Positions 53,541 through 64,000 of a DNA stretch of 64,000 nucleotides are shown one piece after another (positions within the stretch are counted from its first letter, which is position 1; every line of letters begins with the position of its first letter). Where the stretch lies: contig OZ024743.1 of the NCBI GenBank assembly GCA_964016885.1, positions 45,136,001-45,200,000 on the forward strand, in the 5' to 3' direction. This stretch comes from Eledone cirrhosa. Taxonomy: Eukaryota. The notes beneath the pieces were generated by a model. That model searched no databases. It saw only the letters and a list, made by a program, of their open reading frames with translations, and was not told the origin of the DNA. The position numbers were made by a program, and so were the translations under genes.

Positions 53541-55068
53541 GGTATAAGAATATAGATGATAAGCAAAACCGTAAATTCATCCAGATGGACATAACAAGCT
53601 ATTATTCTTCCATAACGCCCAACCTAGTAAATAAGGCTCTATCATACGCTTACAAGCATACTGATCTAACTACGGATGAAATTGATATCATATTAACTGC
53701 TAGAAGAACTCTTATTAACTTCGACAATGAGTATTGGACCCGCTCAGATAGGAATAGAAACTTTGACATTACCATGGGGTCATCTGATTCAGCGCAAATC
53801 ACAGATTTCCTGGGGATTTTCATATTAAATATGATAAATAGAAAACTGCCGGACATTACCGGTGGTTTATATAGGGACGATATTTTATTTACGGTTGTCA
53901 AACACAACAATATTGAACTAAATAGAGTAAAGAAAAATATAATTGAATTCTTTAAAATGTATGACCTTAAACTAGAAGTAGAAAGTGGTACCAAAATAGT
54001 TAATTTCCTTGATGTTACGTTTAACTTAAACTCTGGTTTTTATTACTCTTTCCATAAGCCCAATGAAAACTTAAATTACGTTAGTTATTACTCCAATCAC
54101 CCTAAGTCAGTGAAAAAAGCAATTGTAAATAGTGTGCAAAAACGCATTAATAGAATATCTGCCAATAAAGCAATATTTGATGAAGCGCTAAAAAAGGCAG
54201 GTTATAAAAATAATATAGAATATGTAGACAATAATAGTCCAAGTTTTAATCCTGATAAAAATAATGGCACATATAAACGAAATTCTATAAATTCTAGTAA
54301 TTATAATTCAAACACCTATACTGTGAATAAATCGGGGAAAAGAACCAGAACTAAATCAGTTATATGGTTTGTCCCCCCCCCCCCCCCCCTGCTTCTGTAG
54401 CAGTAAGAACACCGATAGCTAATCTATTCTTTAAAGCTTTGGATAGCTGTTTCCCAAGTCAACATAAATACCATTCCATTTTTAATAGACACACTATTAA
54501 ATTACCTTATTCTACAACTATGAATATGGCCCAAAACATTGCTAAAATAAACAGTAAAATTCTAAATCAAAATCAACATAATGATATTAATAATAGTATT
54601 AATATAAATAATAATAAATCAAAATGTAATTGTAGAAATAAACCACATTGCCCTCTGCAAAATAATTGTTTGGATAGTAATTTGGTGTATAAATGCACCG
54701 TAAAAACAAATAACAACACATACAACTACATAGGAGCGACTTCTTCTACATTTAAGGCTAGATTTGCGAATCATAAATGCTCATTCTCGAATTCTAATAG
54801 GAAATCTTCGACTTCTTTATCACAGCTTATATGGTCATTAAAAGACAAAAATTTAAAATGCTCGATCTTTTGGACGAAGCTTTGTAATAGTGGAGTTTAT
54901 GTCAACTCTTGTATATCAATTAACTGCAGCCTCTGTACAAAGGAGTCCCTATTAATAATTAATAATTATGAGAACTTAATTAACAAAAGAAGTGAATTAT
55001 TCTCAAACTGCCTTCATAAAGCTTTGTCTGCATTCCAAGCCTCGCATAAAGTCAGGAAAAGACAGTAA
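53541..55068 (+). pseudogene. PLE RT plus GIY-YIG, frameshifted at a poly-C run (about 54373-54389)
   Basis: FIQMDITSYYSSI, FDITMGSSDSAQ, GGLYRDD, FLDVTFNL, CNCRNKPHCPLQNNCL, LVYKC..NYIG, CSLCTKE, CLH. Confidence 0.9.
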
Positions 55069-56773
55069 GCAACCAAGCCTGATTTTCGACGTATATCATC
55101 AACTGTTGAACATATAAGTCATAACGGCTTATAAAATTTTAATAATGCTTTATCTTCTAATCATCTATAATGGAACTACTGTTTGAATGAGTGACACTTG
55201 TTTGATAACTTGTTTACTGGATTGATATGCATACCATATGTTGTTGTTGTTTTTTGGTGGGAGGGTATTATTTTAAACTTTGATTCAGATCTTTATTTTT
55301 CTATCTCTGTTTTAAATATATGGTTTAGATATCTAACCTGTAAATTTTACTGATTTTAATTTGAACTGTGGATCATTCATGCGTTTACATATTTTATATA
55401 TATATATATATGTATATTTTACTCATTTTGAGATGGTTTTTGAGGACTCAGAAAGTTGGTTTTGCGCTTTGCTTTTTTATGTATATTTAACAAACTATAA
55501 TAGCAGACAAATATTGGTTTATCTGTCCACTGAACTGGAGGTAAAGCTACTAACAATGTTTATAATCGCTATTTTCTGTTGAATATATACCGTTTCATTA
55601 ATATCTAGTATATCTATATATAGTTTGCTCAAATATCTTTATCTAGTGTAATAACATAATCGTAGTTACATTTGTATAAAACTAATAACAATTATTATAA
55701 TTACTATTTTTATTAAATGTTTACCGTTTCATTAATACCTAGTATATCTATATATAGTTTTATACAAATATGTTTATCATGGATAATAACATAATTGTAG
55801 TTACATTTATATAAATAATTTAAACACCCAAATGACATTATTATAAGTGTTTGGTTTTCCCTGGAGGGTCGAACTTATATAATCATTTACTTAATATAAT
55901 ATATGAATTAATAAGAAATTATAGTTCGGTTTTCCCTAGAAGGTCGAACTTATATAATCACTTACTTAATATAATATATGAACAAATACTAAATTATAGT
56001 CCTGGTATATTATGATCAATACACATACTTCTGACCTCTTTAGGTTTAACTATAAGACCTGTTAATACTTTAGGCACTATAACTTTTTAACAATAAATTC
56101 TTTAATAGTTATAACTGTAAATATCTCATAAATTATATTATAGAAAATGTTGTCAATGTTATAAGTAATTTTGATAAAGATTACCTTTGTGGGAATATTG
56201 AACATTATATGTATATTTTCTTTCTTTTGCGGGCTTCGTAAATCCTTTAAATTTGTCTTCATAAAATTTTGAATTTTAGAAATTTAACATAATTATATTA
56301 TAATATTAATACAAATACCCATCAACTTTTAAAACCTAAAATTTTGATTCTTTACCCTGAAATAACATAAATTAAATATTTTGAAAATTAACCGCCAAAA
56401 CTATATATGAATATGTGTATATAGTAACTTGAGCATAAATTACTCCCCTTTGTCTCTCCCTCTCTTTATTTATCTGTAATTTGTCTTCTCAAGCTAAATA
56501 CTAAATAAGTTATAGCTTCAGATACGTCTTCCTCTATACTTTCCTCTACCGCATATTTTTATAGTAGTATATTAAATATTAAAAATTCTATAACTGCTGC
56601 ATTGAGGTAATGTATATCTTAAAATATATTACTCACACTCTCTCTATTGATTCTATTACATTTGCCCATGTTCTCAATATTAGGGTATAAATATTGAGTT
56701 TTCTCATAAGTTAATCACTACCTTGATTAAATCTTAGCCATCTACCATGTCAGGGTATGTCATGTATCATTTT

Positions 56774-56838
56774 ATTTTATCTGATGAGGACGTACTGTTG
56801 AACTTAATTCAGTACCTCTGAAATATGTATAATAAAAT
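56774..56838 (+). ncRNA. Hammerhead ribozyme at the 3' end of PLE copy C
   Basis: ATTTTAT CTGATGA GGAcGTACTG..CAGTACcTCT GAAA TATGTA TA ATAAAAT. Confidence 0.85.
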
Positions 56839-56878
56839 CTATTTGATCACAAGAATATCTATTTTGTTAATATTTGAA

Positions 56879-57061
<183 letters not shown>

Positions 57062-59123
57062 TTTGTAACAAAAACGTCACACAGTCAAGATCGTACTTTT
57101 TTATATGCAATTCGTCTTCTAAACCATAGTCTGTCTAGGAATGTTATGAAGCAGTTAGAAATTAAGTTCGGCAGAGAGACACAATCATTAACATAAAAAG
57201 TATTGCTCCTTTAAATGAAAGTAAATCATGTATAGATCAAATTCTGTTTCAAGCCACACACTGTAGACTTAAATTGTGTCCCATATCATAATCCCAGACT
57301 TGAAAATCAATATCTCGAAACGATTTCCTTGATGTCAATTATATGTTCACGAAGTATATTGAAAGACGACGAGTGAGACAACTTAAGTGATGGTAACTCT
57401 TCAGATTATATTTGGAATTAAATTTTCAAGTAACACATTACGGAATTAGATTTGTGTCAATCCAATACTGAATATCAATTACATTTTGAAGTTTTTTTAT
57501 TGAAAGTGTAACAACTTAAGTGTGGATAACCAACTTCATCGTTTAGTAGAATTATATTTCTCAAATCCCGTGCTTTAAACTAAATTTATTAGTGTCAGAT
57601 TTCTTAATATCGCCGCAAAATATCAGCTTTATATTCAACAAGTTTGTTGAGAGTAGAGAAAACTTAAGTTTGCTCTCTTTTGTTAAAATTGGAACTAGAT
57701 TTTCAAATCATAGACGACACACTTAAGTTCCTAAAGTCAAATATTGTAATATCAACACGGATGCTCTAAGGGTTTATAATTCGCTGACAAGGTGGTAGCA
57801 CAGAAATATGTTTCAAAGAATTAAATTGATTTTTTTTCTGTGAATAAACAATAGGAATGGCTTCGTCTTGTATATTCAGAATATTACCCGGCAAAGATAA
57901 TATTTGAAGCTTCTCAATTACTCATGGTTTGCAATTATCACCACGCTATCATTATATGATTTCGCAAAATGCACCAGCCTAGTAAATTTAATAATTATGT
58001 AATTATTACTTTTTTTTTCGCTTGAGGGTTTTTTTTCACTATGAGGAGTTGCTACGCCACATTTATGCCGTTATAGAATTGGCTGTGCTTTCCCGTTTTG
58101 ATATGTATCAATCATCCCGCGAGACATCTGTGTTGGTAATGCCATAGAACAGTATGTCGTACAACGACATTACGAAATTAATGCAATACATGGGAATAGC
58201 AGGATTTCCATCAAGCTTAGCTCTACTTTAAGGCGAGTGAAAGCTCGATGGAGATAATTATAATTTATAATATATATATACAAGAACATATCTCGGGAAG
58301 CGTTCGTCATAAGAGAGCTTTACTCAAACGTTATCTACATCAAACAAAACCTATGTTTTAAATGAAATGACCAATCTAGTGAGCATCGGCAGTGTTTGAA
58401 GTTCTATATGGTGTAACATATTGTATGTAATAAACGTGGTATGTCTTCCGTCAGCATCATCCTACATAAACTGTACACTCTCGTTAACGAATTTATGAAA
58501 ATATTTATTTGTTAGGAAATATCTGCGGAGATGTCATAAACTAGATATCCTAATCACGATCAAAGTCACAGAAAAGAATATTGAAAATTTGACAATTAAA
58601 GTAGATACTCTTATTAACAAATAAATGTCTATTATGAACAACAGACAAGAGTCACACAGCGTTAATTCTCTCATATATCGTTACAAATATGGACATGACG
58701 CACACACGTCCCATTACGACAAATGTATACAGATGAGTGTGAAGTTAACTCGAGATATCGAAATGTAAAAGAGTGTATTTTTGTTTTTCAGCTGTCGTTT
58801 TCACACATTTCCAACTCGAGTTATCGTTGCTTTCTAAAATATTTATAACCACTATGTGTGCTTAATGTTACACGTCATAAAGCTTATAAAATTGTAAAAA
58901 TATAACAATAAAGATATTGTTCAAATATAGAAATGCTAAAATGAGAAAAATGAATTTACAAATGAACTAATATATATAAAAAAAAACTAAATTTGTTTTT
59001 GCTCTAACATAGCGGATACATAAATGCATTCGTGAGTTTTATATCGAATAATAATTGTTGATTGTTTCTCTATGCTACCACTGAAACAAAAGGATGACAA
59101 TTTGCTTGCAAACTAATCGACTA

Positions 59124-59395
59124 TTAATAATTGTTTCTACTCTTGGCACAAGGCCAGCAATTAAAACAGTGCATTACTGGTACTTTATTTTATCGACTAT
59201 TAATAATTGTTTCTACTTTTGGCACAAGGCCAGCAATTATTCCAGTGTATTACTGGTACTTTATTTTATCGACCCTGTAAGGATGAAAGGCAAAGTTAAC
59301 CTCGGCGGGATTTGAACATAGACCATAAAGGGCCGTAAATCTTTGCTGCAAAGCATGGCGTCCGACCCTCTACCGACACTGCCAATCCACCACCC
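59124..59395 (-). mobile_element. SINE with a duplicated 3' part
   Basis: Family match; gactattaata repeated at the junctions. Confidence 0.85.
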
Positions 59396-59486
59396 TAGAC
59401 TATTAATAGTATTATTATAATAGTATTATTATTCGAAATATATATCCATATATTTATATATATATATTAGTTCATCTGTAAATTCC

Positions 59487-59545
<59 letters not shown>

Positions 59546-59636
59546 CGAAGGAAATGTGGTAAGGAACCAGGTGGACCATAACGCACCAAAGTACTCAATA
59601 CTTAGGGTAGTAGAGTGGGTAATAGGAACGAGTAAG

Positions 59637-59732
59637 ACCCCGACGGCTGAGCTAAAGCCGTTTCGACGGCTAATTCTGGACTAAATGAAAATGTTTATCC
59701 TGATATATGAATAGCCGAGCTTCTCAGGGGGT
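59637..59732 (-). ncRNA. Hammerhead with extended stem II and atypical core CTGAGAA
   Basis: Minus strand: ACCCC CTGAGAA G-ct-CGGCTA...TAGCCG-t-C GAAA CGGCT-ttagctc-AGCCG TC GGGGT. Confidence 0.7.
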
Positions 59733-60738
59733 AATTCTATATATGGTAAAAGTGATTGTCACAAGGATTGGTCAAAAGTTTGTTGTTGAGACACATAATT
59801 CTATCATGGCAATTTGTGGAAGGAAGGGGTACCTGAACCTGCCAGTAGAAGAAAGAGGGAGAGGGAGAGGAGGAAACCCAGTCGTGCGTTGATAGTGCCA
59901 ACTACAGCAGGGCAGGAGGTCAAGCAAGTATATTAGGGAGGGGGAGGGGAAGGAAGTCGAAACAATAAGTAAATCAATATGGAGTAAATATATAGAAGAA
60001 TACCAAGAATGTTAAAAATATAAAAAAACAATTTCTGGTTACTATTCCCTAACGACAGTCATCAAGTCTCTCACTGGTACTGCTAAACTATAGACAAGTT
60101 TACTAGGTGGGGCGGAATTGTAATGAGACCCTTTTTCGGGATTCTGAATTATTATTTCGTATTAGTTTATTTTTGCATTGGGTGGTTGCTGGCCTTGTGC
60201 CTATGGTGGAGGCAATTATTTTGTATTAGTTTCGGGACTTTGAATTATTATTTCGTGGTAGTTTATTTAGTATTTTGGCCCCCCACTTGTTGACCTGTCA
60301 CCGTAAGGTATACTCGGTTGATTACTACTAACTCTTAAAATGGTCTCATTACAATTCCGTCCCACCTAGTAAACTTTTCTATGGTTTAGCAGTACCAGTG
60401 AGAGACTTGATGACTGTCGTTAGGGAATAGTACCAGAAATTTTTTTTTTATATTTTTAACATTCTTGGTATTCTTCTATATATTTACTCCCTATTGATTT
60501 ACTTATTGTTTCGACTTCCTCCCCCTCCCCCTCCCTAGTATACTTGCTTGACCTCCTGCCCTGCTGTAGTTGGCACTATCAACGCACGACTAGGTTTCCT
60601 CCTCTCCCTCTCCCTCTTTCTTCTACTGGCAGGTTCAGCTACCCCTTCCTTCCACAAATTGCCATGATAGAATTATGTGTCTCAACAACAAACTTTTGAC
60701 CAATCCTTGTGACAATCACTTTTACCATTTATGGAATT

Positions 60739-60834
60739 ACCTCCTGAGAAGCTCGGCTATTCATATACCAGGATAAAAATTTTCATTTAGTCCAGAATTA
60801 GCCGTCGAAACGGCTTGAGCTCAGCCGTCGGGGT
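60739..60834 (+). ncRNA. Hammerhead, right-arm copy (core CTGAGAA)
   Basis: ACCTC CTGAGAA [stem II of about 56 nt] GAAA CGGCT-tgagctc-AGCCG TC GGGGT; GUC triplet, predicted cut after 60829. Confidence 0.7.
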
Positions 60835-60844
60835 CTTACTCGTT

Positions 60845-60889
<45 letters not shown>

Positions 60890-61088
60890 TTATTATTATT
60901 ATTATTGTTATTCTCTACATTCCTTACATCAAACTAAAATATGTTGACAATGTCTTCCTTGTGAAATTTGTGGTCTTGTTTTGCTTAACTAATGAATATA
61001 TTTATATATATATATATACAATATAGAGCGGAAAACACAGGAGAGTGTGTTTGTTCTCTCTTTAGTAGTGCGGACAATATCGATTTTT

Positions 61089-61167
61089 GCACATGCTGAT
61101 GAACCACTAAGCCGAATTGGAATCCACTATATGGTGAAACAATCTCCTAGTGAGTGTGTACATGTGT
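61089..61167 (+). ncRNA. Type I hammerhead ribozyme
   Basis: GCACATG CTGATGA ACCA...TGGT GAAA CA-atCTC-ctagt-GAGtg-TG TA CATGTGT. Confidence 0.8.
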
Positions 61168-61459
61168 GATTTAGTTATGAGGTTGGTTTTTCATTTTAAT
61201 TTATCCTTTTAATTATAATGTTTTTCCTACACCTCTCTTAGCTTATATTCTCTTCACGCTGGTGGTTTTAAATCCTGTAAATGAAAACACACTCTCCTGA
61301 GTTTTTCCTCTCTTTATTGTATTTCGAAGTGCCCAGGATAACACTTTCCTTTGAGGTCATTGAATTACAAGATTGTACGCGAGTCCATTACTTCGTTATT
61401 TTACTTGATATATATATATATATTATTTCATCTGTAAATTCATATATGTATATACATGA

Positions 61460-61529
<70 letters not shown>

Positions 61530-61694
61530 AAAATTAGAATCGGTATGCTGAAATAGTGATATATATATGAATGTATATATAGTGTATTTTGCAATACACC
61601 GTATGCTTAATTAAAAGCATTTTGAAGACCTTACCCTATTGTTTTAAAGTAGTGACAATGTCACTTGCTTCAATTTTCAGCAAACAAGGAGAGA

Positions 61695-61741
61695 TAAGCT
61701 GATAGAGCTGTTTCGTACTTGTTGGTACTTATCAAAGCTCA
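61695..61741 (-). ncRNA. Hammerhead, left-arm copy with damaged stem III
   Basis: Minus strand: TGAGCT TTGATAA GTAC-caacaa-GTAC GAAA CAGCTCTA TC AGCTTA. Confidence 0.6.
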
Positions 61742-62019
61742 GCACGCCTCCTATTTGCTGAAAATTATGAATGTTGGATTCTTATAGAATTCCAGTAATA
61801 ATCAGGAACTGATTATACAGAACGGTTGCCGGTCCAGCAAAAATTGAAAATTAGAATTGGTGCTCTGAAATAGCGATATATATATGAATGTATATATAGT
61901 GTATTTTGCAATCCACCGTATGCTTGGACCGGCAACCGCTCTGTATAATCACTTCCTGATTATTACTGGAATTCTATAAGAATCCAACATTCATAATTTT
62001 CAGAAAACAGGAGGAGTGC

Positions 62020-62068
62020 TGAGCTTTGATAAGTACCAACAAGTACGAAACAGAGCTCTGTCAGCTTA
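62020..62068 (+). ncRNA. Hammerhead ribozyme, U3-A8 covariant core
   Basis: TGAGCT TTGATAA GTAC-caacaa-GTAC GAAA CAGAGCTCTG TC AGCTTA; palindromic stem III; GUC triplet. Confidence 0.85.
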
Positions 62069-62180
62069 TCTCCCCTGTTTGCTGAAAATTGAAGTAAGTG
62101 ACATTGTCACTACTTTAAAACAATAACGTAAGGTCTTTTAATTAAGCATACAGTGTATTGCGAAATACACTATATATACA

Positions 62181-62260
<80 letters not shown>

Positions 62261-62262
<2 letters not shown>

Positions 62263-63345
62263 ATAAAACATGTCTATAGAATCACCAGATAAAATATATA
62301 ACGTTTCCTCTCCCAATTAGCATAATTAACCATATAAAAAATCAATTAGACCAAGCTATAAGAATAAAGGCTCCTATGAAGAAATCTCCGACATATAACC
62401 GAAAGCAGCCCTTCGCGGCGGTTGTGACGGAGTATTTATCGAGTATTTCGACAGCGTGTATAAATCGACCAGATATACAGTCAACTAAACAGAATTAGGT
62501 GTAAAATAATCTAGAAGTTAATTATGTTAATTGGGAGAGGAAACAGTATATATTTTATCTGGTGATTCTATAGACATGTTTTATGATATATAGCTCTGAT
62601 TATTTAATTTATTAATTCTTCATTGAGCCACAAAGTGACCCGTTGCAAAACACATATATATCTATGACTTTATATATGTATATGTGTATACCTTTATATG
62701 TAATAATCTCCCGTTAGGTTGAGATACAATTTTGGCTGTATTGGGCTGCGCTTTCTAGCAAAAAGCCTACCAGCCGTAAGCAACTAATCACATCCTTTCT
62801 AACTTGACCGCTGCCACGTCACGATTATAAGCCATTTTTTAATGTATTCTTGGCGCGATCACTTTGGAAAATTAATTGTCTAAATTTGAGCTAACTCCTG
62901 AAGAATCCGAAGCTCTAGATCGGATATCTTAAAATGCGGACGAAACCATGGTAGAGGTAACTAAATATGTGCACTTTTCTTCTAGTTTATTTTACACCTA
63001 ATTCTGTTTAGTTGACTGTATATCTGGTCGATTTATACACGGTGTCGAAATACTCGATAAATACTCCGTCGCAACCGCCGCGAAGGGCTGCTTTCGCTTA
63101 TTTGTCGGAGATTTCTTCATAGGAGCCTTTATTCTTATAGCCTGGTCTAATTGATTTATTATATGGTTAATTATGCTAATTGGGAGAGGAAACAGTATAT
63201 ATTTTATCTGGTGATTCTATAGACATGTTTTATGATATATAGCTCTGATTATTTAATTTATTAATTCTTCATTGAGCCACAAAGTGACCCGTTGCAAAAC
63301 ACATATATATCTATGACTTTAAATATATATATGTGTAAACCTTTA
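62261..63345. repeat. Mosaic of inverted and direct terminal-repeat copies
   Basis: 62261-62517 is the inverse of about 62977-63235; about 62515-62700 is directly repeated at about 63163-63345. Confidence 0.9.
62895..62956 (+). ncRNA. Hammerhead ribozyme candidate
   Basis: CTC CTGAAGA aTCCG...CGGAc GAAA CCATGG TA GAG; palindromic stem III, GUA triplet, short stem I. Confidence 0.7.
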
Positions 63346-63470
63346 TATATATATATATATGTATATATCAGGGTTTGGGCACCATGGCCCACTCGAGCAG
63401 AGAGTTATTGTTTACGGAGGCATATCTGGGTGTAGGAGGCTTTTCCGGGATTTCTTGAAGGAATTTGCAA

Positions 63471-63544
<74 letters not shown>

Positions 63545-63604
63545 CATCATCATCATCATCATCATTTTACGTCCGCTTTTCCCTGCTTGCAAGGGTGGGA
63601 CATA

Positions 63605-63745
<141 letters not shown>

Positions 63746-64000
63746 ATAATTATATTGTGTTTATAAAGTCTTCTATATAAATAATAGTAGGACATGTAGA
63801 CAGGTTTGGGCAGGGAAATCTACAAGCACAAAATATAAACATATTTTATATTAAATTAATAGTGGTGTGGTTTATAAAGCTAGCTGAGTGGATTTGAAGA
63901 GGATTTGGTATGACATACAATGATTGTAAAAATGGAATGTTTGTAGAAAACGCTTCTGTGGGGGGAAATCCGTGTACATTATTAAATTACTGAATGTGTG

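Larger units (their letters stand above)
59543..60849. repeat. (TA)n-flanked inverted-repeat element: arms of about 510 bp (59622-60132, 60343-60849)
   Basis: Arms are near-identical reverse complements; no ORF of note. Confidence 0.95.
61527..62185. repeat. (TA)n-flanked inverted-repeat element with an internal direct repeat
   Basis: Arms about 61556-61836 and 61927-62185; 61527-61610 is directly repeated at 61843-61926. Confidence 0.9.

Overview
AT-rich, microsatellite-saturated animal genomic DNA with no recognisable host protein-coding gene. It is most likely an octopus/coleoid cephalopod (inferred from the SINE families and simple-repeat load, not verified). Almost all long ORFs in the track are microsatellite artefacts. 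Real coding remnants are all transposon-derived: three 5'-truncated Penelope-like elements (PLEs; RT with YRDD plus C-terminal GIY-YIG) and further PLE fragments, an R4/Dong-type RLE LINE in (TACA)n with a second 3' copy, CRE and RTE fragments, and a decayed mariner. There are also non-autonomous Helitrons, a hAT MITE and about 15 tRNA-type SINE copies. The main hidden signal is RNA-level. By hand I could fold about 23 type I hammerhead ribozyme (HHR) motifs from about 16 distinct sequence families; some are degenerate. Nearly all lie 20-200 nt inside a (TA)n-flanked element end. Many occur as outward-facing pairs in long inverted repeats (IRs) with no ORF. They include palindromic stem III forms, U3-A8 and C3-A8 core variants, U-U at the base of stem II, and very long stems II or III. 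Several inversion breakpoints fall inside the ribozyme. All folds were made by eye, coordinates are approximate to a few nt, and no activity has been tested.
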